Assembly: GCA_905331295.1 (NCBI GenBank)
Contig: CAJNYD010000403.1
Location: forward strand, 1 to 64,000
DNA: 64,000 bases
Direction of reading: 5' to 3'
DNA from: Rotaria socialis
Taxonomy: Eukaryota
Shown here: positions 36,133 to 61,506 of the stretch, one piece after another
Layout of the letters: each line of letters opens with the position of its first letter
Numbering within the stretch: position 1 is the stretch's first letter
Notes under the pieces: generated by a model
Database searches by the model: none
Told to the model about the DNA's origin: nothing
Seen by the model: only the letters and a program-made list of their open reading frames with translations
Position numbers and translations under genes: made by a program

Positions 36133-37052
36133 TATATATATGTATAGTTTCATGTGCAAGTAGTCAGTACTACGTTCCAGTTTCTACTTTCCTGCTACTC
36201 GTCCTGTTCGTTTCTTTCTTTCAACGTGTTTTTCTGTTTCTGTTTCTCGAGTCAATAAAATAAGTTACTGACCTTGACCGCTCTATTTCTATTACGTAAT
36301 TCGTAATACGTGACACTTTGGAAGCATAGATAATTTTTCGTCTATTAGAAAACAAGAATCAATTTCTTTGTCGTCGTTTTATTATGTGCTAGTGACAGTA
36401 ACTCACTGAATATAATTATGGGCTATAGTTGGCAAATGTAATAGGCAACTCCAAAAGCGCTGTGGTTGAGCAACAGACGATTTGAACCGAAGAACAAATC
36501 TTATAACTATCACTTATTTTTCATCTGAATAGCTCAAGTGATTTGTTTTTGAAAAAATGACTCGTTCTTATTCTGGTTGAGACGAAAGGCGGATGATTAT
36601 ATGCAAAATATACAGACACTATTGTACCAGAAGTTAGTATATTTTGATGAATCTAAATCTTGCGTACTTTCTCTTCTTTTCCTCTCTTTTATCGTCTGAA
36701 GTAAATTGCAGTTAGACGAAACCGTTTGAGTAGATCGTGAATATTTTTATGCAATGCAACGCGAGCTGATAATCGATTCAACTTACTCATCATAAAACAC
36801 TCGAAGAAAAAGATATTGCGTGTCGTACATCACTTGCTTAAGTGCGAACGTCGAACAGAAAATGAAGATTGAACCATGTTTTATATTTATTATTATGAAA
36901 AAAGAATTGGGAGTAAAAGGAAACATTTTGTGAATTTCTTATTGCTTCAATATTTACTGTGCAAACCATTTTTAATATTGAACAATTCGAAGTATGTCAA
37001 ATCAAACAAGTTTATTTTAGTAGGGCGATAAGAGTAAAAGAAACAAAAATAT

Positions 37053-38628
37053 TTATATTATTCCAAAATTATTCCTTTGTTTTGTTGATAAACGACATGA
37101 TGGGCATAGACAACGCAAAAGAATTTGAAATTTACATCGAAAATATTTACTAAATATATAAAATATAATTGGATTGAAAGCTGTTGATGATAATACCAAT
37201 AGAATTGTTACAATGAAAAAGAGACGATGCTCGTAAAGATGATGCGAATGATTTATTTGTGTATAGATAAAATTAATTTGTATTGGTGAAAATGCAATAA
37301 AATAAAGTATAGCAACAATTAATATCATAATAATAGCTTTTCTACGCGCTTTATTTCCATTATTGTTTGTTGCTTTTATAACACGAGATACACGCTGTGG
37401 TGATAAGCTAACGGTATTGTTATTCATTAAAGGTGATGGTAGTGACGAACTGAGTTTTGTATCGGAATATCGTTGCAAAGAATTGCTTATAATAACTTGC
37501 TGTATGGCTTGTGCATGACCATGATATTTTACAGCGCGATCAACCAGAAAAATTTTACGGCAGATTATCAAATAGAGAATTGTCTATAAAAAATTTTCAA
37601 AAGAAAAATATTATACAATAGAATTAGTAAAACTTCAAAAGGAGCATCCTAAACTTAACGCTTCATAGACCAAATCTTTTATTTTTTGTCGCTCCTAAAT
37701 CAATCTGGTTTAGTATTGTTGGGCTTTCATTTCATTAAATGATTGATGAAAAAAGTAATTGCAATGTAAAATCTCTCTTGAGTGAACATCATCGGGACTG
37801 TTCGCAAATGTTCGCAAATGTTCATCTATGGACGATGTCATGTTTTGCTGAATATCTTTCAATCGATTTCTTTCATTTAGTGTAACATGGAGTAGTGTCG
37901 TCTCCTTGAGATATGCACACCCACAATCAATGACCCCATAAAGTTGTATTTTACCTGTATAAAAGCTGGCAGAAAAAAGAAAAGAATCGACTCTGCGTAT
38001 TTATAGAATGTAATTAAATGTGAATCAATCCACTGATCAGATAAACCACAAACGTAATACTGTGGTCGATTGTGAAATGGATGTAATTCAAGTAGGTATA
38101 GATTTGGTAAAGCCATAAGAAATCCTAAAGACCATATTAGGATAAATATTAAATAAAGACGTTTGCGATGATTTATTTGAGATATTTTAATAGGATGAAT
38201 TATTGAAATATACCTAAAACAAAAGAAAACTCAAGATTATAATATTAAGAAAAACTTTTTCACCTTTCAATACTAATAGTCAGTAATGTTTGTACGCTAA
38301 CATAACAACCAAATACTTGTGAAAAACGAACTATTTTACAAAATGATAAACCAAGATACCAAGCCGTCGGCCAGTAAGGATCGAATGAAAATTGTGCTAT
38401 ATCAAATATATTAAAAATAAGTATAATTAAATCAGCATATGACATATTGACAAGAAGTAGATTCGTTGATGAACGGTGTATATTTCTATGATTAGTTATT
38501 GCTGATAGTAAAACAAGACAATTACCAAATAGACCAATCAAAAGAATAATTATAAAAAGTATAACAAGAAATAGACGAAGCCATTCCGATGGTCCATTTT
38601 TAATACTCATTGATATTGTCGTATTCAT
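37053..38628 (-). CDS. Class A (rhodopsin-like) peptide GPCR, 3 exons (38628-38264, 38213-37955, 37583-37053; ~384 aa)
   Basis: GLFGN in TM1, TNLLLVNMSYAD in TM2, ERY formed across a splice junction, FSP in TM6, NPIIFY..SKYFR in TM7/H8. Confidence 0.92.
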
Positions 38629-39772
38629 TATGAAGGCGTTTGTTTTCCCTTTATTGTTTATTCAATTAAATATCAAATGACTAGAATAGAAAAAAAAACA
38701 ATGAACTATAGAAACCGAACGAGAAGAATTGAGAAATATCTGTATGAAAAATGTGGACGAAAGAGTTCTTGTTTTTTTCTTCTGGCATCAATACTGTGAT
38801 GAGAATCCATAGAGAATAAAGAAGAAAAAAATATATGGTTTATCTCCTATTATTTATATTGCATTGAAACATCGAAATAAATGTTCTTCTGGTAACGACG
38901 TATTTGTGACCTTCTTCAAATAGTAGATAAGTAAATTACTTTTTTCTTCTTGTTTTTCGTACTTATATAAATAAATAGGGAAGTAAAACTAAAACTTACA
39001 TATGCATGCAGATCAAATTCTAGGGCAAATTGTAAATAACTATACAACTGATCAAATAAAATGGTTCACAAATATTTAAAGAAAAAACAATTGCTCAACT
39101 ATAGGAGAGATGATTATCTACAAATAGAAAAGAAACGTTCCCGTTTAATCTATAAGGGTAAATGAATAGATTTCATAGGAAATAATGAGGCGACGCAGCG
39201 AAAAAATTATAGCGAGAAAAATGATATCATCTTACTATTTCACACTCATTGAACAACGTTAATATTGAAATCGGATCAAGAGAATAAAATTTATGTGTAA
39301 CGAAAAATATGATAATTTCTATTGGATCGTGTGAATAGGAGAAGACTTGATATGTCAATGACTTGTACGCTACATTTCTGGTGCCATTCAGCTGCAGAAC
39401 GCAATGACTAGAAGAGAAGAGAAGAGAAGAACATGGATGGTATCGATCAATTTTCCTTTATCATTCTATCGATTGATGAAGAGATTTTTCTGTCAGCCAT
39501 TGCATCGAAGTGGGTGTATAGTCGTTTTCATCTTGTGAGTCCTTCAATATGTGGGTGTATATGACATCAAATTACGGAATATTTTTTGTTCTCATCTGCA
39601 TACGTCTTCATTATCATCGGTATGGCATATATTGACAATTAGCATTTTATTTTTCATAGTTCTGAATATATTAATTAGAACGAGAAGATAATGAAATTTC
39701 GAAAATATTCTAGAACTGGTGCAGAGTTCTTATTAGTACATTATTTTCATATACACGTAGCCTTAGCGAATG

Positions 39773-39806
<34 letters not shown>

Positions 39807-40885
39807 TCTCAATTATCAGAAGTGCATTCGATCCAACAATGGAATATCTAAATAAAGTCGTATTTCTCAATTTTTTACAGCTAATGTTTCCGGAGTTAGA
39901 CATAGATTAATGAATATTCTCCGTCAAGCCTTCACGTAATTAATATGATAAAAAAGAAAACTCACGTTTTTGCTTTTTTTCATTATTCTCGAAGAAAAAT
40001 ATCTTCCGGTACTATATTTAGAAAAAGGAAGGTGTAGAAAATAATTATAATATGTGACTTTTTTCTCGTTATCCCAACAATGAAAACACAGCATTCCATC
40101 TTGTTTCTATTAAAAGTCATTGAACAAAAAATAAAAAATACATACCCACGCATGATGTTGCTTTCATATGAACATGAAAATTTTGCTGACAGGATTGTAA
40201 AATGATCTGTTTTCATAATAAACTTTTATTATAAAAGTGAAAATAATTCATATTTTTTAATCTTGATTAGTCCTAGACTATTCCCATACGATCTTTGATT
40301 TATCTAGGAATACAATGAAGTCATTATAAATACATTCTGGGTTCTTTGTTGGTGAATTTTGAGTTGAATAGATGCATACTATCTATTTTTCCTTTTCTGA
40401 TACATTGAAAATATAGAATCAATTGCTCTCGAAGGAAAAACAAATTAATCATTGACAACTATCATAGAAGTGTAAAATTCTAATTAACATCACCATAGGC
40501 GAAGAAAACAAACTTATCTGATTGTTCAACTATCGCATGAATGTCATAAAGAAATATTTTTTTTATGCAATTATTACACATTTGAATCTTCTAAAGCTGA
40601 TTCATCTCCTTAACTATGAAATTCTATAGAACGCGTGTTCTCTAGCACATGTCTAATACAATAAACGTGACGACTATGAATAGTTGGAATAATTGATTGT
40701 GCTGTAAATTAGATAATATTACAATAAGAGCTTCCAAGAAGAAAAACATATTTAGTCGATGCGAAGTTATATTGAACGTTTCAAAATTATACTACTCGAC
40801 AGATTCGCCTTTTAATTAAAAGAAGATTTTTGTTTATTTACTTTTTTTTACCGAAACAAAATAATCATCTATGAGAAAAATTAAG

Positions 40886-42332
40886 TTAGTCAAGTTTATT
40901 AGACACACCGGCCGATCGCATACTACCCCTAAGAGCTCGATGTTGCGAAGCGAATTCTTTATCGTATAATTTACGTTCTTCGATTCGTTTATTTTCAACA
41001 GGCTTATAAGCTGCTTGATTTTGTAAAGCAATCCGATAGATAGCATCGAGATCAGATTCTTTATGGTCTTTAATATATTTGCCTTGTATTAATTTCCGTC
41101 CATTGGCTGTGCCGGCAGATGAAAATGAATAATTTGAAGATAGCTCAGATGAATTTACTTGTCGTGCGGTAATCATTGAACTACTTGGACGCCCACCAAG
41201 CATAGTCAATAGTGGATTCACTCGATGCGAGTCAGGCGCTTGTTTATTATTTGGCGATGTTTTCGGTCGAAACATATTTCCATCGATGTTAAAAAGCGGA
41301 TCGGACGATCTTTCAATTGCAGGTTCTAGTAATAAAAGTAAAGGACGATATGGTTTAGCTGAAGTTTCTTTTAATGATGTCGATAAACTGAGTGATCCTG
41401 GCGTTGCTTTTCTACGAATTGTTGTAGTCGGTCTTTGTTTGAATTTGAGTGACTCTATAAAATATAAAATGAAGGATCTCATTGGTTAGTTTAGCAGTTT
41501 ATTTCTCTTGTTTCTAGGCCACTCAACACTGACACGAAAATAATAATTGAGAGCTCGGATGCAACATGTTCTCCACACTACATGTGGCAATCGACCCACA
41601 CGCTTATCCGAACGGAGAAATCAATATTGTACTCAAATGTTTGCGCTTTCTTGAGATAAAATTAGCCTGTAATTACAAAAAAAGGGCTGAAGTTTTTTCG
41701 TTCGTTCTGTTTTTTTGTGTCATGACGTCTTCAGACGAGCAGTAATTACAATCGGCGCCTACAACATTGAAGTTCTGATTTGAAACTTTTAAACAAATGA
41801 ACTTTTTTTTATCATAGTCAGACTGATGAATTCATTGAAATAAAATTTTTGTTTAACAATAACTCAAAAAATAACATATTGCAGACAATGAAGGTTAAGT
41901 CAATAGGATCATGTGCAGTTGATTTACTAACGAAATTAATAAATTTCAATATGCGCTAAAAAAAATCAATAGAAAATAAAGTAAATAAAATCTTGTAAAT
42001 TTCTTCCCATAAAGAGACAAAATGCCGACAAGTTTATTGATAGAAAAATAAAACAAACCTATATACTCCTGTTCTTGATCTAGCGCGATTTCATCTGCAT
42101 GTGCTTGTTTCCAAGCTTGATAGGATCGATTGGGTTTGATATATCGGACAACATTGGTAAAATGATATCTTAAACCTTGTTCTTGTCGACGTATTCGAGC
42201 AATATGTGCTTCTAAATCGTCATGTAACACAGTAACACTACGTTGTAAACGGCGATGTTCAAGTCGATTGAGACGTGTCGCTTGAATTTGACATGCGCTT
42301 AAAACAACTTCGCCTTTCGCACTCTTCTTCAT
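40886..42332 (-). CDS. Uncharacterised basic coiled-coil protein, 2 exons (42332-42059, 41454-40886; ~280 aa)
   Basis: ATG 42332 MKKSAKG..RLNRLEHRRLQRSV; a phase-1 GT-AG splice joins ORF 40886-41482 in frame. Confidence 0.75.
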
Positions 42333-42462
42333 ATTTGATTTGTAATTTCTTTTCTTTTTTTTCACTTTTTTTAATTTTATTTTATGAAAATGAAAATGAA
42401 ACCTTAAACTTTCTTTTTTTTCTCTCTTTCTTTTGGCGCATGATAAACACAATTGTGATATA

Positions 42463-44226
42463 ATGACGCACGAAGAAAACTTTAATCAAGATTTGGATCT
42501 CGTCAAAATCAATGATTCAAGTCAAAATTACCCAATTATTATCTATGCTCGTCAACTCAATCAATACTATCATACACTACTCGGTAATCCATTTCAACGA
42601 TTAAACTACTATGATTCATCCACAGGACAATATTGTTTTTGTCGAACGCCTGGCATTATTAATTATATAATTACATATTATCTACAACAGGGTTGTCTAT
42701 TAACAGAAGTACATTATCCACCGGAAATTCTTTATGACGAACTTGTATTTTTCGGTTTTAATATACAAATTATTTATGATATTGTATCGAATTGTATTAC
42801 TATTAATTATTATATTCCATCGGGTAACATTGCATTATTATTTTACAAATTTGATACACTTTTACTTCATACAAATATGCAAAACAGAAGCCCTAATAAG
42901 TTGAAGCAAAGGTCGATTCAAGTTGTTGCTCATATTATACTAAATTCAATAATATGCAAATTGCATTATGAAGCTTATAAAATACTGTTGTTAATAAATC
43001 TCGAATTTTTGATAGTAGCAGAAAAAAGTGTGTCAATCGATCATTGATTATAATCAGATTTATCAAAAAAAGGAGCAATTCTAATGTATAAATTGAAGCC
43101 GAGAAGATGTCTAAAAAAGTTGGAAAAGTTAAAAAAATGTGACCTATGACAATAACTAATCATTGATTTATTTTAAAAGCTTTTTGCGTTTCTAATAAAG
43201 TTATTTTTGAAAAAATCTTTCTTTGACTTCTTTAAATGCCTTTGAAAAAGAAAAGCTTTCACCTATTAATTAGGTAAATATCGTCGAGCATTTTGGTTTA
43301 CATTCGATTCTGATATTTCAAAATATAAATTCTATCTAACTCGAACTATCACTTCTCTTATTACAATATGTTCGGTGATAACATCTTTAACCTTTCTCGA
43401 AATTGCCAATAATTTATTTACTCATCATGATCAGCAAAGAAAGTTTCTTATTAAAAAGGCATTAGTCATCGAAATATTGATTTTAACATTCTTTTATTTT
43501 GAACTAACAATACGTTATTTTATTCGACCGAAAATTCAACAAACAACAGTTGTTCTAATGTTAATTAATTTCGTCTCGTTACTTCCTATTGCATTGTTTC
43601 TCTTTATTTGGGTAACGACAAAACTCTTTTTCTATGAATAAAATATTCTTCTCCCTGATAATTAGCCAATACCATCTGCATGGCTATATAATTTACTTGT
43701 TCTTCAATTGGCTGCTCGTATTGTTCGTAGTGTTCGTCTATCGTCATATGCTTATCAAATAACGCATGCTTTAACCGAACAATTATCAATTTACGTAGAG
43801 TCATTTCAATCCATAGCATTGATAAATCTTTTTTTTGCTTTACTCATTCTTGCATTTGAACAAATGTCTTCTGTTTCAAATAGAACAAATGATTTTCGAT
43901 CATTAAGTGAAATCATATGGATTTCATTCAATGCATTTACAGCACTAGGCGAAGGTACAAATCGGCCACTGACATCAGCTGGTTTAATTATTGAATTTTT
44001 AACTTGTTTTATTGGTGTTTTAACAATTCCGCAATTCGCTCAAATTGTTTACACAATCGTATCGAATACAATCGATAAACAAAAGATCAATGATGAGAAA
44101 CGTAAAAGAACACATTTAGTTATGATCGAAGATGAACACGGTAATAAAGCTATTGGTCAAGTCAATGTAGATGATCAAAGAAATGAAAGTTTACCTGAAA
44201 TTCTCATACAAAAGGATGAATTTTAA
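42463..44226 (+). CDS. Divergent Shaker/Kv-family channel subunit, 3 exons (42463-42823, 43274-43611, 43666-44226; ~419 aa)
   Basis: T1 domain (LNQYYHTLLGNP..YYD..YCFCR..ELVFF), S1-S3, S4 RIVRSVR, pore WISFNAFTALGEGTNRP, S6 FIGVLTI. The apparent stops at 43639 and 43663 lie in a 54-bp intron. Confidence 0.85.
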
Positions 44227-46309
44227 GTTCATAAAAGGCACAATTGAATGCATAAATAGAAACCTTTAAACGTGAAAAAATGTTTCTCTCACTCGCGCCA
44301 TTTACACTACAGCGAACGACGAAGGAACGTTTAATCAATAAAATTACATCATATACAGAATCTCGTCGTTTATCGATTTCGAAGTTAAAAATACTGAATA
44401 ATAGTTTCTACAATTTATTCCCAAAGGCTTTTTATTCGAATCGGCGTTGTTGTTGTACATCGGAATGAGAACTTGTTTATCAACCGGTTGTTTAAAGAAA
44501 CAATGAGAATGAAAATACGTATTAATATAGAAGAGTTCTATTTTTAGATGTCAATATGTTTCTTTTTATGCCGATGTAACTATGGTTCATTATGGATTGT
44601 GCGTTGTATTGACAGCTGTCTAAAATTGGAGAATAACAGCCATCACTGTTAATGTTTCGATTACTATGCAGCTTGAAAAAAACAAATAAGTTCACAAAAA
44701 TCAGTCCTTTTAGAGCGATATTTAGCAAACGAATCGAGCGTTCTCAAGAAGATTGAAACAAAAACAAAATAGCACTCGTTCAACTTCGATACTTCTACGT
44801 CATGGTTGAATAAATCATTTTTTCTTTAGATTATCATAGAATAATATAGAAAAGTTTTGTGTGCGACAGACGCCACTCCATATGAATGCTATGCTTCGTG
44901 GTACATTAATAAAACGATAAATTCTTTCCTATCGATTATATATTCATAGCGAGTAAACTATCTTCTCTCAGGAGCTTTTTAAAATGTACAATCTTTATTT
45001 TAACAATAAAACAAAAGAATCTGTATCGCTTCGATTTCAGTTCTGCGAATAGAAGCTATTAAATTTTTATAAGGAATAATCACAATATAGTGAGACAGTC
45101 GTCGAGTATGATTTAATTTCTCTATTTTCATAGCAAAAATACACCAAAAGGTATGATATGAAAACTTCTTTTACACAAAATCAAAAGAGATTTTAATTAT
45201 TTGGTGACGATGAATGATATTGAAAACAAAACTAAAGAGCTTCTAGAGTAATATGAAGTTCAACGTGGCTTCCTTAACGATGTAATCATCTCTCCGAAGC
45301 TTACTGGTTATTATCTTGAATATCCGGAGGAAATTTCTTTTTCTTTCCAAGTGTGAATAAAAATAATTCAAGTGCTTAGCAATATTGCAAAGAGAAATAA
45401 TAGGAAAGTGCAACAACAATATTCCCTATTGAGTCTCGTCTCTATAAAAGCATATAATCTAGCGTAGAATCATATACAATATAACTCATTTCTTTTCCCA
45501 AGATTATTCGTATTAGATATTATAAATATTATTCAAAATTCTTCGAAGTTTTTCTCAACATTGCAAGTTCGTTAATCTATGAACTCAACCGAAACAATAT
45601 TCATTGGCCGATTCAAGTAAATTTCGATTTAAAATATAGCTACTAGATGAACAAAACGTAGACGTTAACTGAAGTGTTGAATAGATCTCCTGGGTATTTC
45701 TACGATGTGCATGTGTTACCTAGTAATAGAGTTGTCCCTCTCTAGGGAATTTTTATGGACAAATCCAAAAATCTCGGTACTGATATTTTTTAATAACTTT
45801 TTTTTTTTATAGAGAAGATCAATTAAAATTATCATCTTCTAGATTATAATATGAGTTAGTTACAATCCTTGACATAGTACACTTGTTCTAGTTTAGTTTG
45901 TAGCATTGAAAATTTTCAAAATTCGAATAGATGTCATTAGGTTTTCGCGCTATTTAAACAATTTCACTATTGGTTCGTGCAAATTATCCACTTGACGTTT
46001 AGCTTGTTGTATAATTGAGTCATATAATGTAACACATAAATATAAATATATGTATGTATATCAAATGCATATATAATGCTTCTCTTGTTTGTTTTAGTGT
46101 AGGCAAGTGTATGAGTTTATTTTTCATTGTAATGAATAATTTTTCTTCATAAAACTCTTGCGACTAGATGCTAGTAAAAGATATGTCATAGGCTTTGCCT
46201 GTTTTTTTTTTAGTTGAAAAATTTTCATTATTATGAATGAATATGAAAGAGTAACGGATATATTAGGTGCTCAGTTATGATCAATATATAAATCTTCTGT
46301 ACAAATAGC

Positions 46310-55469
<9,160 letters not shown>

Positions 55470-57099
55470 ATAAGATTTCTTTCTTTTTTATTCAAGTATT
55501 TTATTAACCGGTCCCTTCTATTCTTTGTATGTATATATTTATATATTAATTTGCACACATCAAATAAAATGAATCAAATAATATGCGTGTGTGAACCAGT
55601 TTGATTTTTTGCGTTGCGTTTCTTTTTCTGTCTTCTATGGTGCTGTACGCTTCTTTTTCTTTCGCTGTGCTATTTTTTTATGATAATATAGATCGTCACT
55701 ACACAAAACTTCTCATTCGAGAATGATTTGTTTTGCAGACGATTTAAGAATTATTTACGTTTACTATCGCTCATCATTGTGTGCGTGTGTTTCTGTTTGT
55801 TTTTTGTAAATGTTAATTCGATGAAAATAATAGTTTTCGTCTTAACATCATTTTGCTTTTGCTTGTAATTCTACGATGAAAGATCTCGCTTTTCTTTGTC
55901 GAAGAAAATAAAATTAATGCACTTAGACTTTATTTTGGATCTATAAAAAGAGTTTCTTTTTTCTTTGATTTAAAAGTTATCAAGGTCAATACAACATGTG
56001 GAGCAACAATTTTCTAGATTACTGAGTAAAATATTTCAGTCAATTCAGTAGAGAATTAGCATGTTTTTCTTCTACCAATAAGATTCATTTTATTATATAT
56101 ATAAGTCTTATGGTAATCTGAAGATCAACGTGAAGTATTTGTTGATGAAAATTATTCTTGTAAACAAATCTCTCCACTAACTACCGATTCTATTTTGATT
56201 AATGAAAATGCGTCATAGGAAATACGTATGTTTCATATGTCTCTATATATAGGATGTGGTTATTTTTGGAACTATCAACCGCGTTCTATGTGCTATATGA
56301 TATTAATAACTAGTTCCGAGGAAATGTGTTCACTATTATCAGGTTCTTGTTTCCGAATCATGATAAATAGATGGTGGTGACAAAAACGGAGAAATTGTTT
56401 AAGAGTAGGCAAATATATATTTATATTTTTTGAAGCAAAAAAATTAGGCATTCAACGCCTGAAATTGTAACTCATCCGTGAAATCATGTTGATAATGATC
56501 TTTATTTAAAAAAATTTCTTATTTTCTATCATGGAAAAACAAAACATCCTGTCTTCATCTAATGGCAAGAAAGACTATTGTAAAATAATCTCGAAGCAAT
56601 CAAGAAAATGAAAATTCTCTCCAAACATAAAATAGCTGTTTGACAACCTACGTAGACATATATTGTTTTTTTCTTTTTTACTGTGTTCCATACTTGGAAT
56701 TAAAAATCATTCATGCAATGTGTTGCACACATTATGACCAAGGGTAACTATCTAAAAACAGAAATTGACTAACCTCGCTTTCGTTTTTTGCTCGCGTTCA
56801 GCGCGTCACTGAATATTAATATACGACGAATGTCAGATGATTTTTCTCCTTATATCTGATTTTTATTCACTATCCGTCATTGAAGATGAGTACAGAGGAG
56901 AAAAAAGACATGTATACACAAGTGCACCTACACACTCTATATTGATTTTAATCTCGTTTGTCCTCGTAACCCTATGTCATGAGATTTTCTTTCATTCTAA
57001 TTGAATCGATCTTCGTACATAGATACTATGTTTGTAGCTTCGTTAATCCTTTATTCACACCTAACATATGTGAGAAAGTGATCATTATGCTTAAGGGTT

Positions 57100-57103
<4 letters not shown>

Positions 57104-57138
<35 letters not shown>
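57104..57138. repeat. (CT)n microsatellite
   Basis: Direct inspection. Confidence 0.95.
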
Positions 57139-57142
<4 letters not shown>

Positions 57143-58132
57143 ATAACAATGAAGAGGATCAGTGAATAACTATTCGAATAACAATAAAAAACATCTGTTG
57201 TCTGTCTGCTTTTTCTTAGCTAATACAACGTCATGTGTACTGATCATCATCATATGTGTAATATACGCAATCTCACACAAGATATTAGTCTAAACAAAGT
57301 GGAAATGTGTGATTCAATAACACAAACAATCCGATAGAACTTACAGATTTACAAATAGGAGAAAAAAGGAATTTTATATTCAACATATTGTCTTCGCTGA
57401 TTGCTCTTGCTTGAAATTTTATCAAAACCGATGTCATTTGAAGCGCGTTTTGTTATTTTAAACATCATTATTTCTTTTTTTTTTCTACGTAAAATATCAT
57501 TGTAATCAGTTTTCTTTTCTTTTCGTCATCAGCTTACATTTGTTTGCTTTTACTTTATCAAAATATCTCGAGTAACGATCGTACCAATTACCCTTTTCTT
57601 TTGTCTTATGGAATATGTAATAGATCTCATAGTATTATCATCGTTAGAATAGTTCTCTCATCATTGATCAACTGATAGATCGGCTGATCAGCACGTGTTT
57701 ATGCAGATATCCCTCAATCTATAAGGTTTTCTTTCTCATACGCATTACATGAGATATATAGACAAAACTCCAGCGAATAGTCTTATGACAGCAAACTACT
57801 ATAGCAAATCGTTGAGCGGGCATCATTTTACCCGGGTAAAAAGGCGAAGAAACAGAACGAGAGGAGAGAAAAAAGAGAGAGAGAGAGAGAGTACACCACT
57901 ATTGACGCTGATATAAATGGCAAGCGCACTGTTCTATTTTGCTTTTATTTCTATCGTGCGCGCGCACGGCGACTAACGAAAGTGTGTGTGTGTTGTGAGT
58001 GAGTGAAACAAGAGAAGAAAAAGAAAAGATCGCCTATCAGTTAACAAATATTTGATGGGACTAAATTTATTCGATAAGAAAATTGAATTGATTTATTATT
58101 GAAAATTATTTTTCAAAACGAAGCAGTCAACT

Positions 58133-61506
<3,374 letters not shown>

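Noticed and set aside
43612..43665. Two in-frame stops suggesting the Kv gene is a pseudogene
   Set aside because: They fall within a 54-bp phase-0 GT-AG intron.
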